Assembly: GCA_038205755.1 (NCBI GenBank)
Contig: JBBRBN010000002.1
Location: 14,206-78,205, forward strand
DNA length: 64,000 nt
Origin: Lysobacterales bacterium
GTDB taxonomy: Bacteria; Pseudomonadota; Gammaproteobacteria; Xanthomonadales; Xanthomonadaceae
Direction: 5' to 3'
A program made the position numbers and the translations under genes. Positions 10,428 through 19,616 of the stretch are shown in pieces (within the stretch, counting starts at the first letter, position 1; each line of letters begins with the position of its first letter). The notes under the pieces were generated by a model. That model was given only the letters and a program-made list of their open reading frames with translations, ran no database searches and was not told the DNA's origin.

Positions 10428-10591
10428 ACCCGGATATTTCATGAATCTCACACGCCCTCGCTTGTCTCTTGTCCGCGCAAGGGATTTTCCTCAGTCGGTC
10501 GTATGGCCCGCTACGCCGCTCCTTCGGTAGTCTCCTGTGCGAACAGCATCCTGCGCGATCATCGCGCGAATTCATGAAATATGCGGGCTAA
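10428..10591. mobile_element. MITE-like element copy 2
   Basis: Same TIRs and core as copy 1. Confidence 0.8.
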
Positions 10592-10640
10592 GTCCGACAG
10601 GCTGCCAGCGGCCGTTCGATCCAGATGATCATTCATGGCC

Positions 10641-10862
10641 TCATTTCGCGAGCTCGTTCAACAAGGTGCGGCGCTTCCGCATGACTTGCTCCGCCACTTC
10701 CATCTGCGCCGCCAGCATCGGGTCGTACACGGTCAGGCGCGCGCCGTCGGGCGTCTCAAACGCGTGCTGCTCGTCGCCCTTCTCAAGCCTGAGGCGCGCA
10801 TGCAGCTCCTTTGGCAGGATGACGCCGGCGGAGTTGCCGACCGTCGTTATCTTCAGCTTCAC
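10641..10862 (-). CDS. AbrB/MazE/SpoVT-family (VapB/MazE-like) antitoxin-type DNA-binding protein, no cognate toxin gene adjacent
   Basis: 73 aa. The N-terminus MKLKITTVGNSAGVILPKEL is a typical swapped-hairpin AbrB-type antitoxin N-terminus. Confidence 0.6.
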   Translation of the reverse strand: MKLKITTVGNSAGVILPKELHARLRLEKGDEQHAFETPDGARLTVYDPMLAAQMEVAEQVMRKRRTLLNELAK

Positions 10863-10920
10863 GGTGACCCCCGATGCTTGGTTATAACTGACGTTATACC
10901 GGCCTGGGGATGGGTGCCTT

Positions 10921-11622
10921 CTATCTGTCCCGCCAGCGACTCGCCCCTAGAAAAATCACCCGCAGCTGGCGGACGAAGTTTTCGATCAGTTCCTTTTCCT
11001 GTTGGTTGCGCCCGGCGGGCAGGTCGAGGATGTCGGAGGCGGCGTTGAGCATGGTGGTTACCACCAGTCCGCATATCATCTGCAACGTTGCGCTTGAGAG
11101 CTCGGGCAGGGTGCCCAGCGTGCGCAGGTCCTGTGCCATCTCCGAGCCGAAGTGGGACTCTTCGGTGCGGATGGCGTTGCGGATCGCGCGCGAGCCGCCG
11201 CCGCGCTCGCGGGCGATGAAACGGAACACCTCGCTGCGTTCGGCGACGAAGCGGCGGTAGATCTGCACCGAGCCACGCAGCATGTCGGTTGGGGGTATGC
11301 CATCCCGACGCGCCTCGCGGAGCAGCCGGCGCAGGGCTGCGCCGCCCATCTCAACCAGCGCCAGCCCCAGCTCATCCAGATCCTTGAAATGTCGATAGAA
11401 CGCCGCCGGCGCAACGCCGGCTTGGCGGGTGATCTCGCGCAGGCTCAAGGCGGTGTAGCCGCTGCCTGCACCGACCAGGGTCAGGGCCGCTTCGATCAGA
11501 CGCTGTCGGGTGCGTTCCTTCTGTTCAACCCGTGACGTGGAAGTCTCTGCTTCGACGCCTTTGGCACTTCGTCTGGCTGCTGGCAATGCCCGCTCCGCGT
11601 GGTCAAGGGTTGGCGGCAGCAA
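10921..11622 (-). CDS. desT: TetR-family transcriptional regulator (DesT-like, divergent from the oxidoreductase-desaturase pair)
   Basis: The HTH region LSLREITRQAGVAPAAFYRHF is a TetR signature. The start codon is uncertain. The gene symbol is assigned by synteny only. Confidence 0.7.
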   Translation of the reverse strand: MLPPTLDHAERALPAARRSAKGVEAETSTSRVEQKERTRQRLIEAALTLVGAGSGYTALSLREITRQAGVAPAAFYRHFKDLDELGLALVEMGGAALRRLLREARRDGIPPTDMLRGSVQIYRRFVAERSEVFRFIARERGGGSRAIRNAIRTEESHFGSEMAQDLRTLGTLPELSSATLQMICGLVVTTMLNAASDILDLPAGRNQQEKELIENFVRQLRVIFLGASRWRDR

Positions 11623-11676
11623 GTATAGGCGCAGGCCCGGTTCAGACTTTTCGAGTAGACGCTCTAGCGAATTTGA

Positions 11677-11692
11677 GTGAACATATGTTCAC
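11677..11692. promoter_or_regulatory. 16-bp perfect palindrome GTGAACATATGTTCAC in the desT/desC divergent intergenic region: candidate TetR (DesT-like) operator
   Basis: Perfect inverted repeat seen directly. TetR regulators bind palindromes of this length, and a TGAAC-GTTCA core is reminiscent of the DesT operator. Confidence 0.5.
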
Positions 11693-11711
11693 CGTAAATC
11701 AGCAGCTCGCC

Positions 11712-12818
11712 ATGACCTCCGCAGCCACTTCCACGACCGCCACTACCTCGTCATCCGCGCGCCTGCGTCGGGTTCTGGCTCACCCGCTGCTGGCGCCATT
11801 CAATCAGCCGCAGGAGTGGGAGCGCTTGACCCGCTCGGTCAATGCCGCGTGGTCGTGGTCGCAACCGCTGGCGCGGGTGCTGCGCGTGGTTGACGAAGCG
11901 CCCGGCGTACGCAGTCTGTGGCTGCGGCCCAACCGGCGCTTTGCCGGATTCCTGCCGGGTCAGCACGTGCTGCTCGAACTTGAGATCGAAGGCATCCGGC
12001 AGGGTCGCTGCTTCAGCCTGTCGGATGCGCCGCGTGCCGATGGACTGCTGCGCCTCACCATCCGGCGCCAGCTGGGCGGCGCGGTTTCTTCGGCGGCGCA
12101 CGCGCTGAAGCCGGGCCAGGTAGTGCGGCTGAGCCAGGCCCAGGGCAGCTTTGCGCCGTCGAACTCCGGCAGCGATCTGCTGCTGGTCAGCGCCGGCAGC
12201 GGGGTGACGCCGATGCTGTCCCTGCTGCGTGGGCTGGCCGCTGCGGGATCGACGCGCAACGTGGTCGTGCTGCACGCTGGCCGGAGCCCAGCTGACACGG
12301 TGTTTGCCAGGGAACTTCGCGCGTTGGCGGATTCGTGGCCGGCGCTGCGCCTGCACCTGCACTACAGCGACAAGACCGGCCGCTTGAGCACTGCTGCGAT
12401 CCAGGCTGCGGTGCCGGACTGGGCGCAGCGGGAGACGCTGTTATGCGGTCCGGCCGGGCTGATGCAGATGGTCGAACGGATGTACGCCGATGCCGGCTGC
12501 AGCGAGCAGTTGCACAGCGAGCGGTTTGGGCGGTCACCAGCGCCAATCGACCCGGGCGCCACCGCTCATGTCGTCTCCACCGATATGGCGAAACGAGTGT
12601 TCACAGCGCGGGCTGGGCAAAGCCTGCTCGACGCCGCGGAGACGGCCGGTCTGAGCCCGCGCTTCGGCTGCCGCAAGGGCATCTGTCGCACCTGCCAGTG
12701 CCGCAAGCGCAGCGGCAGCGTGCGCAACCTGCTCACCGGCCAGCTGTCGGGGCCGGGCGACGAGCTGATCCAGCTTTGCATCTCGACGCCGCACAGCGCT
12801 GTCGAGCTCGCCCTTTGA
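11712..12818 (+). CDS. desC: Ferredoxin-NADP reductase-type oxidoreductase (FAD/NAD-binding domain plus C-terminal 2Fe-2S ferredoxin), DesC-like electron donor for the desaturase
   Basis: FNR-like motifs and a C-terminal CxxGxCxxC ferredoxin cluster (FGCRKGICRTCQC). The alternative start at 11685 lies inside the palindrome. The ORF-track N-terminal extension to 11532 is rejected. Confidence 0.75.
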   Translation: MTSAATSTTATTSSSARLRRVLAHPLLAPFNQPQEWERLTRSVNAAWSWSQPLARVLRVVDEAPGVRSLWLRPNRRFAGFLPGQHVLLELEIEGIRQGRCFSLSDAPRADGLLRLTIRRQLGGAVSSAAHALKPGQVVRLSQAQGSFAPSNSGSDLLLVSAGSGVTPMLSLLRGLAAAGSTRNVVVLHAGRSPADTVFARELRALADSWPALRLHLHYSDKTGRLSTAAIQAAVPDWAQRETLLCGPAGLMQMVERMYADAGCSEQLHSERFGRSPAPIDPGATAHVVSTDMAKRVFTARAGQSLLDAAETAGLSPRFGCRKGICRTCQCRKRSGSVRNLLTGQLSGPGDELIQLCISTPHSAVELAL

Positions 12819-12837
12819 ACCCCAGGAGACTGCCCGC

Positions 12838-13920
12838 ATGAGCACCAAGACCCATCTTGACCCGATTGCGCTGCAAGCCTTCGAGACCGAGCTGAACGCG
12901 ATTCGCAGCGCGGTGCTGGCCGCTATCGGCGATCGCGACGCGCAGCACATCCGCCGCATGCAGCGCGTCGCCCAGGCCTCGGCCATTGCCGGGCGCAGCC
13001 TGCTGATGTTTGGCTGGGGGCCAATCAGCTGGGTGCTTGGCGTGCTCAGCCTGGCGTTAGCCAAGATCGTCGAGAACATGGAGATCGGACACAACGTCAT
13101 GCACGGCCAGTACGACTGGATGAATGATCCGGCGTTGAACTCGCAGACTTACGAGTGGGACATCGTCTGCGACGGCGATCACTGGCGGCATTCGCACAAC
13201 GTTGAGCATCACGACCACACCAACATTCTCGGCAAGGACCACGATTTCGGCTACGGCATGCTGCGTCTCACCGCTTCCCAACGCTGGTCGCCGGCGACAC
13301 TGCTGCAGCCGCTGTGGTACGCGCTGCTGGCGGCCAACTTCCAGTGGGGCGTGGCGGTGCATGACATCAAGATTGGCCGCTTCCTGAAAGGCCGGATGGG
13401 TCGGGAGGAATTCCGCCAGCGGATGCGGCCGTTCCTGCGCAAGGCCGGTCGGCAGCTGTTCAAGGACTACCTGCTGTTCCCGGCGCTGGCCTTCTGGCAG
13501 TGGCCGCGGGTACTGCTGGGCAACCTGATTGCGAATCTGATCCGCAACCTCTGGACCAATGCGATCATCTTCTGCGGCCACCTCACCGAACACGTCCAGA
13601 CCTACACCCGTGCGGAGGTCGAGGGCGAGACCCAGGGTCAGTGGTACCTGCGGCAGATTCAGGGCTCCAGCAACCTCGAGGGCGGGCGCTGGTTTCACCT
13701 GCTGACCGGTCACTTGAGCCACCAGATCGAACACCACCTGTTCCCCGATCTGCCGGCTCCCCGCTACGCCCAGATCGCGCCGCAGGTGCGCGAGATATGT
13801 CGCCGCTATGGCGTGCACTACAACAGCGGCGGCTTCTGGCGGCAGTATGCCGGCGTGCTTGGACGCATTGTCCGCCATGCCATTCCCGAGCGGCGGCAGA
13901 CTCAACCCGTCGCGGGGTGA
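12838..13920 (+). CDS. desB: Membrane fatty-acid (acyl-CoA/acyl-lipid) desaturase
   Basis: 360 aa with three histidine boxes (HNVMH, HRHSHNVEHH, HQIEHH) and hydrophobic segments. Confidence 0.85.
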   Translation: MSTKTHLDPIALQAFETELNAIRSAVLAAIGDRDAQHIRRMQRVAQASAIAGRSLLMFGWGPISWVLGVLSLALAKIVENMEIGHNVMHGQYDWMNDPALNSQTYEWDIVCDGDHWRHSHNVEHHDHTNILGKDHDFGYGMLRLTASQRWSPATLLQPLWYALLAANFQWGVAVHDIKIGRFLKGRMGREEFRQRMRPFLRKAGRQLFKDYLLFPALAFWQWPRVLLGNLIANLIRNLWTNAIIFCGHLTEHVQTYTRAEVEGETQGQWYLRQIQGSSNLEGGRWFHLLTGHLSHQIEHHLFPDLPAPRYAQIAPQVREICRRYGVHYNSGGFWRQYAGVLGRIVRHAIPERRQTQPVAG

Positions 13921-14054
13921 AGGCGACTCCGCACTGTTGCTGCAGTTTCAGCATGAAACTGCGGGAGAAATGCAGCGCTTGGCCGGTGCAAAGCGGCCCG
14001 ATGGCCGTTCAAGCTAGTATTGTCTTCACGCCTTTCCGGTCGGGGGACCAGCCC

Positions 14055-14786
14055 ATGGTTTTTTCGTTTCGTGTCGTCTTCTGTCTTGCATTCGCCTTGG
14101 CCCTCGTGGTGATCGCTCCGAGTCCGGTGGCCGCACAGGCAGGCAGCCAAGTGGAGCAGCTGTTGGCGCGTGCCAAAGCGGCGCAGGCTGCCGGCAACCT
14201 GTTTGATCCGGCAGACGAGAACGCCTATGCACTGTTCATCGAGCTGACCGAGCAAGACAACGCCGCTCTGGATCCCAAGGTGCGTCGCCTGAGTGACTCG
14301 ATGTCCGGCAGCGGACCGCTGCAGCAAGCCCAGTACGCGCTCAACGAGATGTTTCGCCCAGGGCTCGCGCGCGTTGAGCAGGCGCTCACCAACGGTGAAC
14401 TGGTCGATGCCGGGCGCATCATCAGCATGCTTGAGAAGACCCAGCCCACGTCCCCGACCGTCGAGCGCTACCGGGGCAATCACACCAAGGCGCTGAGTGC
14501 CGCGCGCGAGGGGTTGCGCAGCACCGATCCTGAGACACTGCCGGCGTTGATGAGCAGCCGCCCGCCGGTGTATCCGCCGCGCGCGCAGCGGCAGGGCACC
14601 ACTGGCTGGGTGCACATGGGCTTCACCATCGGCGCCGATGGCAAGGTCAGCCAGATCAAGGTGCTGGCTGCCGAACCGCTGGGCGTCTTTGAGCGGGAGT
14701 CGATCAAGGCCCTCGAGCAATGGCAGTTCGAGGCCGGCAGACAGATGCGGGCGCAGCAGCGCTTCGACTTCACTCTCGACGAGTAA
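14055..14786 (+). CDS. TonB C-terminal-domain protein (energy transducer TonB family) with N-terminal signal/anchor
   Basis: The C-terminus SSRPPVYPPRAQRQGTTGWVHMGFTIGADGKVSQIKVL...FDFTL matches the TonB_C fold. The start is reassigned to MVFSFRV (14055) because the 13500 extension overlaps desB. Confidence 0.55.
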   Translation: MVFSFRVVFCLAFALALVVIAPSPVAAQAGSQVEQLLARAKAAQAAGNLFDPADENAYALFIELTEQDNAALDPKVRRLSDSMSGSGPLQQAQYALNEMFRPGLARVEQALTNGELVDAGRIISMLEKTQPTSPTVERYRGNHTKALSAAREGLRSTDPETLPALMSSRPPVYPPRAQRQGTTGWVHMGFTIGADGKVSQIKVLAAEPLGVFERESIKALEQWQFEAGRQMRAQQRFDFTLDE

Positions 14787-14834
14787 GCCAAACCCGGCGC
14801 CTGCCGGTCGCGGCTCCGGCGGCGGTTCGCCGAT

Positions 14835-16340
14835 TCAGCTCGATCCGAGGTCGAACCAGGTCGCCTTGAGCTCGGTGTACTTCTCGAACGCGTGCAGCGA
14901 TTTGTCGCGGCCGTTGCCGGACTGCTTGTAGCCGCCGAACGGCGCCGTCATGTCGCCACCGTCATAGCAGTTGACCCAGACGCTGCCGGCGCGCAGGCGA
15001 CGCGCGGTGTGGTGGGCGCGACTCAGGTCGCGGGTCCAGACGGCGGCGGCCAGTCCGTACGGGCTGTCGTTGGCGATCTGGATGGCCTCGTCGGCGCTGT
15101 CGAATGGAATGGCCGCCAGCACCGGCCCGAAGATCTCCTCACGGGCGATCGTCATGTCGGGTCGCACATGCTCGAACACGGTCGGCTCGATGTAGTAGCC
15201 GCCCGAATCGGCAAGGGCGCGGGCGCCTCCCAGCGACAGCGTCGCACCCTCGCGCTGGCCACTCTCGATATAGCCGAGCACGCGTTCCATCTGCGCTGCG
15301 TCAACGATAGCGCCCATCGGCGTGTCGGGATCCAGCGGATGTCCCGGCTGCATGCGGACGCTGGCGTCGCGGACCAGGGCCATGAAGGTGTCGAAGACTG
15401 GGCGCTCCACCAGTAGCCGCGAGGCCGCGGTGCAGACTTCGCCCTGGTTGTAGAAGATCCCGCTGGCCGCCGCCGCGGCCGCTGCCTCCAGATCCGGTGC
15501 GTCTGCGAACACCAGATTGGGACTTTTGCCACCGCACTCCATATAGGCACGCTTCATGTTGGAGCGCCCGGCACACTGCAGCAGCAGCTTGCCGACCGCC
15601 GTTGAGCCGGTGAAGACCAGACCATCGACGTCCATGTGCAGCGCCAGCGGTTCGCCGGTTTCGGCACCAAAGCCCGGCAGCACATTCAGCACGCCGTCTG
15701 GAAGGCCGGCTTCAATGCCAAGCTCGGCAATGCGCAGGGCGGTCAGCGGCGACTTCTCTGATGGCTTGAGAATCACCGAATTGCCAGTTGCGAGCGCCGG
15801 GGCGATCTTCCAGCTGGCCATCAGCAGCGGAAAATTCCACGGCACGATGGCAGCGACGACACCCAGCGGTTCGCGGGTGATCAGGCCAAGTTCCTGGCGG
15901 CCGGTCGGCGCGACCTCACCGTAAATCTTGTCTACCGCTTCGGCGGTCCAGCGCAGGCAGCGTACTGAGGCCGTCACGTCGACCGCCAGGCTGTCGCGGA
16001 TCGGCTTGCCCATGTCCAGGGTTTCCAGCAGCGCGAGCTCCTCCGCATGCTGTTCGAGCAGTTCGGCGAATCGCAGCAGTACCCGCTTGCGCTGCACCGG
16101 CGACGCCTCCGACCAGCTGCCGGCCTCGAATACCCGCCGCGCTGCGCGGACCGCCCGCTCCACATCTTCGCTGCCACAGCGGGCGATCGGGGCGAGGCGG
16201 GTGCCGTCTATAGGGCTGATGCAGTCGAACGTGCGGCCGTCAACGGCGTCGACGTGGCGACCGTCGATGAACGCCTGGGTGCGCAACGTCAGAGCGCTGG
16301 CGCGGGACTGCCACTCGGCGCGGCTGGGGAAGGTGGCCAT
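14835..16340 (-). CDS. puuC: Aldehyde dehydrogenase, gamma-glutamyl-gamma-aminobutyraldehyde / 4-guanidinobutyraldehyde dehydrogenase (PuuC/KauB-like)
   Basis: 501 aa. ALDH motifs are present: the catalytic Cys in QGEVCTAASR, Glu in MECGGKSP, and NAD binding in GSTAVG. Confidence 0.85.
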   Translation of the reverse strand: MATFPSRAEWQSRASALTLRTQAFIDGRHVDAVDGRTFDCISPIDGTRLAPIARCGSEDVERAVRAARRVFEAGSWSEASPVQRKRVLLRFAELLEQHAEELALLETLDMGKPIRDSLAVDVTASVRCLRWTAEAVDKIYGEVAPTGRQELGLITREPLGVVAAIVPWNFPLLMASWKIAPALATGNSVILKPSEKSPLTALRIAELGIEAGLPDGVLNVLPGFGAETGEPLALHMDVDGLVFTGSTAVGKLLLQCAGRSNMKRAYMECGGKSPNLVFADAPDLEAAAAAAASGIFYNQGEVCTAASRLLVERPVFDTFMALVRDASVRMQPGHPLDPDTPMGAIVDAAQMERVLGYIESGQREGATLSLGGARALADSGGYYIEPTVFEHVRPDMTIAREEIFGPVLAAIPFDSADEAIQIANDSPYGLAAAVWTRDLSRAHHTARRLRAGSVWVNCYDGGDMTAPFGGYKQSGNGRDKSLHAFEKYTELKATWFDLGSS

Positions 16341-16357
16341 GGTGGCGTCCTCGGGTT

Positions 16358-16906
16358 CTAGAACGTGGGTGGCGTGCTGGCGCTGATGATGATGGCCGGT
16401 TCATCGCCAACGTTGCGAAAGCGGTGCGGCGTAGGGCTTTCGAAGTAGTAGCCCTCGCCTGCGCCGAGTGTCCGGATGTGGTCCCCCACGGTGATCTCGA
16501 CCCGACCCTGTACGACCACGCCGCCCTCTTCCCCGGCGTGCTTGAGCAGGTCCTCTCCGGTATCTGCGCCGGCCGGCATGACCTCGCGGAGGATGCACAT
16601 GCGGCGCTGCTGGTGACGTTGGCCAACCAGGTAATAGTGCAGGTCGGCGCTGCCAAGGTCGGGCTGGGCGCCGGCACCGTAGAACGGCCCGCTGTCGGAT
16701 TCAGGCTCGATATCCAGGGTGAAAAAATCGCCCAGCGAGATTGGAATGCCGTCGAGCACTTTCTTCAGTGACCCGATCGACGGGCTGACCTTGTTCTGCT
16801 CGATCAGCGAGATGGTGCTGTTGGTCACGCCCACCCGCTTGGCCAGCTCGCGCTGACTTAGGCCTTTGGCCTTGCGGATCGCCTGCAGGCGGGCGCCAAC
16901 GTCCAT
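16358..16906 (-). CDS. puuR: XRE-family HTH plus C-terminal cupin transcriptional regulator (PuuR-like repressor of putrescine utilisation)
   Basis: 182 aa with an N-terminal HTH LSQRELAKRVGVTNSTISLIEQNK and a cupin C-terminus. It is adjacent to puuC. Confidence 0.8.
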   Translation of the reverse strand: MDVGARLQAIRKAKGLSQRELAKRVGVTNSTISLIEQNKVSPSIGSLKKVLDGIPISLGDFFTLDIEPESDSGPFYGAGAQPDLGSADLHYYLVGQRHQQRRMCILREVMPAGADTGEDLLKHAGEEGGVVVQGRVEITVGDHIRTLGAGEGYYFESPTPHRFRNVGDEPAIIISASTPPTF

Positions 16907-17001
16907 CGGGGGATGCGCTCCTTAGCGTGTGCGGGTGATGCCGGATATTGAACGCAGCATGCGGTTTTTGGCCAAAGAATGCGTGAAAGGCGCGCCATTT
17001 G

Positions 17002-17012
17002 TAAAGTTTACT
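17002..17012. promoter_or_regulatory. Short inverted repeat GTAAA-G-TTTAC in the puuR/aminotransferase divergent region (candidate operator, weak)
   Basis: Seen directly. It is an unusually AT-rich palindrome in a GC-rich intergenic region. Confidence 0.2.
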
Positions 17013-17056
17013 CAACGCTGCTAGCGTTCCCACCTCTGACCTTCCGACCCGCCGCC

Positions 17057-18418
17057 ATGACTCACGTCGCCGCTTCCCTTGCCAGCACGCCTGCATTCGA
17101 GGCAACGCCGGCCACTGGAATGGGCGCGTTCTGGATGCCGTTCACCGCCAACCGCCAGTTCAGGCAGCGGCCGCGTCTGCTGGTCAGCGCACGGGGCATG
17201 CACTACCGCAGCGATGACGGTCGCGAAATCCTTGATGCGACGGCTGGGCTGTGGTGCTGCAACGCCGGGCACGCACGGCCAAAGATTGTTGAAGCGGTGG
17301 CACGCCAGATTGCCACCATGGATTTCGCCCCGGCCTTCCAGATGGCGCATCCACTCGCCTTCGAGCTGGCCGAGCGGCTGGCCGATCTCGCCCCGGAGCC
17401 GCTCAAACACGTGTTCTACACCTGCTCCGGCTCGGAGTCGGTCGATACGGCGCTGAAGATCGCGCTTGCCTATCACCGGGTTCGCGGCGAGGGCCAGCGC
17501 ACCCGTCTGATCGGACGCGAGAAGGGCTACCACGGGGTCGGCTTCGGCGGCATCTCGGTCGGTGGCTTGCCCAACAATCGCAAGGCCTACGGTCCGCTGT
17601 TGCCCGGTGTCGATCACCTCCGACACACGCTGGACATCGAACGCAATGGCTACTCCAAGGGCCTGCCAGCGCACGGCATCGAACTGGCCGAGGATCTTGA
17701 ACGGCTGGTCACGCTGCACGATGCCTCGACGATCGCGGCGGTCATTGTCGAGCCGCTGTCGGGATCGGCCGGCGTGATCCTGCCGCCGATCGGCTATCTG
17801 GAGCGCCTGCGGGCAATCTGCGATCGCCACGGTATCCTGCTTATTTTCGACGAAGTCATCACCGGCTTTGGCCGCATCGGGCACGCCTTCGGCGCGCAGC
17901 GCCTGGGCGTGGTGCCGGACCTGATGACCACCGCCAAGGGCTTGACCAACGGCTGCGTGCCGATGGGTGCGGTGTTTGCATCGCGCGCCATCCACGATGC
18001 CTTCATGCACGGTCCGGCCGGCGTCATCGAGCTGTTTCACGGCTATACCTACTCCGGCCATCCGGTGGCGTGCGCCGCTGCGCTGGCAACGCTCGACACC
18101 TACGCTGAGGAAAGCCTGTTTGAACGCGCACTCGAGCTTGGCGATGACTGGCAGGAAGCGCTGCATGGTCTGCGCGGCCTCCCTAATGTCATCGATATCC
18201 GCAACCTCGGACTGATCGGCGGCATCGAGCTGGCAGCGCGCCCCGGAGCCCCCGGCGCACGTGCCTACGAGGTGTTCACCCGCTGCTTCCACGACAAGGG
18301 TCTGCTGATCCGCGTTACCGGCGACATCATCGCCCTCTCGCCACCGCTGATCATTGAGCGCGATCATATGGCGACGATCGTTGGCCGACTGGCCGAGGCG
18401 ATCAGCGAAACCGCCTAG
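17057..18418 (+). CDS. Class III aminotransferase, omega-amino acid / beta-alanine--pyruvate transaminase-like
   Basis: 453 aa from MTHVAAS, with the PLP motifs DEVITGFGRIG and TTAKGLTNG. It is followed by ald and mmsA, which suggests a beta-alanine catabolic role. Confidence 0.8.
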   Translation: MTHVAASLASTPAFEATPATGMGAFWMPFTANRQFRQRPRLLVSARGMHYRSDDGREILDATAGLWCCNAGHARPKIVEAVARQIATMDFAPAFQMAHPLAFELAERLADLAPEPLKHVFYTCSGSESVDTALKIALAYHRVRGEGQRTRLIGREKGYHGVGFGGISVGGLPNNRKAYGPLLPGVDHLRHTLDIERNGYSKGLPAHGIELAEDLERLVTLHDASTIAAVIVEPLSGSAGVILPPIGYLERLRAICDRHGILLIFDEVITGFGRIGHAFGAQRLGVVPDLMTTAKGLTNGCVPMGAVFASRAIHDAFMHGPAGVIELFHGYTYSGHPVACAAALATLDTYAEESLFERALELGDDWQEALHGLRGLPNVIDIRNLGLIGGIELAARPGAPGARAYEVFTRCFHDKGLLIRVTGDIIALSPPLIIERDHMATIVGRLAEAISETA

Positions 18419-18471
18419 GGCTTGCACGCCCCGGCGCACCCTGTCCGACCCTCACAGCGAGTGACCTAGTC

Positions 18472-19587
18472 ATGCTTATCGGCGTACCGAAAGAGATCAA
18501 GAACCACGAATACCGGATCGGCCTCACTCCGGCTGGCGCTCGCGAGCTGGTTCGGCACGGCCACCAGGTGCTGGTGCAGCGGGATGGCGGACGTTCGATT
18601 GGCCTGACCAATGAGATGTACGAAAAAGCTGGCGCCGAGATCGTCGATGATGCACCCGAGATTTTTGCGCGCGCGCAGATGATCATCAAGGTCAAGGAGC
18701 CGCAGCCGGGCGAGTGCGCGATGCTGCGTGAAGGCCAGGTCCTCTACACCTACCTGCATCTGGCGCCTGATCCGGAGCAGACCGCTGCGCTGGTGAACTC
18801 CGGCTGCACCGCCATCGCCTATGAGACCGTCACCGACCGCAAGGGCGGTTTGCCGCTGCTGGCGCCGATGAGCGAAGTGGCCGGGCGCATGTCGATCCAG
18901 GCCGGCGCCCATGCGCTGGAACGCGCGCAGGGTGGCTCTGGCGTGCTGCTTGGCGGCGTGCCTGGCGTGACGCCGGCCGAGGTGCTGGTGATCGGCGGTG
19001 GCGTGGTCGGCATCAACGCGGCGCGCATGGCGATGGGCCTCAACGCGCGGGTGACGATTCTGGATCGCTCGCTGGACCGGCTGAAGTACCTCGACGAGCT
19101 CTACGGCGACCGGATCACTACCATCTATTCGACCCTGGATGCGATCGAGGAGCGCCTGTCCTACTCCGACCTGGTGATTGGCGCGGTGCTGATCCCGGGT
19201 GCAGCGGCGCCCAAGCTGGTGTCGCGCGCGCAGCTGGCGCTGATGAAGCCCGGTTCGGTGCTGGTCGACGTCGCGATCGACCAGGGCGGCTGTTTTGAGA
19301 CGTCGAAGGCGACCACCCACCAGACGCCGACCTACGAGGTCGACGGCATCATCCATTATTGCGTTGCGAACATGCCCGGCGGCGTGGCCCGCACCTCGAC
19401 CTTCGCGCTGACCAACGCAACCCTGCCGTTTGCCCTGCAGCTGGCCGACAAGGGAGCGCGGCGGGCAATGCTCGAAGACGAGCACCTGCGCAACGGCCTG
19501 AACGTGCATGGCGGCAAGATCACGTTCGACGCGGTGGCGCGCGATCTCGGCTACATCTACGTGCCCGCCGCGCAGGCGCTGGGTTGA
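18472..19587 (+). CDS. ald: Alanine dehydrogenase
   Basis: 371 aa with the AlaDH N-terminus [20 protein letters not shown] and the NAD-binding motif [12 protein letters not shown]. Confidence 0.9.
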   Translation: MLIGVPKEIKNHEYRIGLTPAGARELVRHGHQVLVQRDGGRSIGLTNEMYEKAGAEIVDDAPEIFARAQMIIKVKEPQPGECAMLREGQVLYTYLHLAPDPEQTAALVNSGCTAIAYETVTDRKGGLPLLAPMSEVAGRMSIQAGAHALERAQGGSGVLLGGVPGVTPAEVLVIGGGVVGINAARMAMGLNARVTILDRSLDRLKYLDELYGDRITTIYSTLDAIEERLSYSDLVIGAVLIPGAAAPKLVSRAQLALMKPGSVLVDVAIDQGGCFETSKATTHQTPTYEVDGIIHYCVANMPGGVARTSTFALTNATLPFALQLADKGARRAMLEDEHLRNGLNVHGGKITFDAVARDLGYIYVPAAQALG

Positions 19588-19616
19588 GTCATTCGCTGGT
19601 CCCAGAGGTAGCTGTC

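Noticed and set aside
10267-10575. ORFs carrying the conserved peptide RR(I/S)GPYDRLRKIPCADKRQARA(Y/C)EIHE. This ORF is one; others are 40600-40866, 42624-42998 and the N-terminal extensions of 42128-42913 and 47894-48811.
   Set aside because: The conserved peptide is the translation of the repeated MITE core DNA in one frame, not a protein family. Each ORF otherwise has unrelated flanks. Gene starts were trimmed to exclude the element.
13500-14054. N-terminal 185-codon extension of the TonB-like ORF
   Set aside because: It overlaps the 3' end of the desaturase gene in another frame. It is Pro/Arg/Ala-rich junk. A signal-anchor Met at 14055 gives a sensibly sized protein.
19359-19616. Upstream extension of mmsA giving a 600-aa ORF
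   Set aside because: It overlaps the ald C-terminus. The MmsA N-terminus aligns from MNAVAAAIS at 19617.
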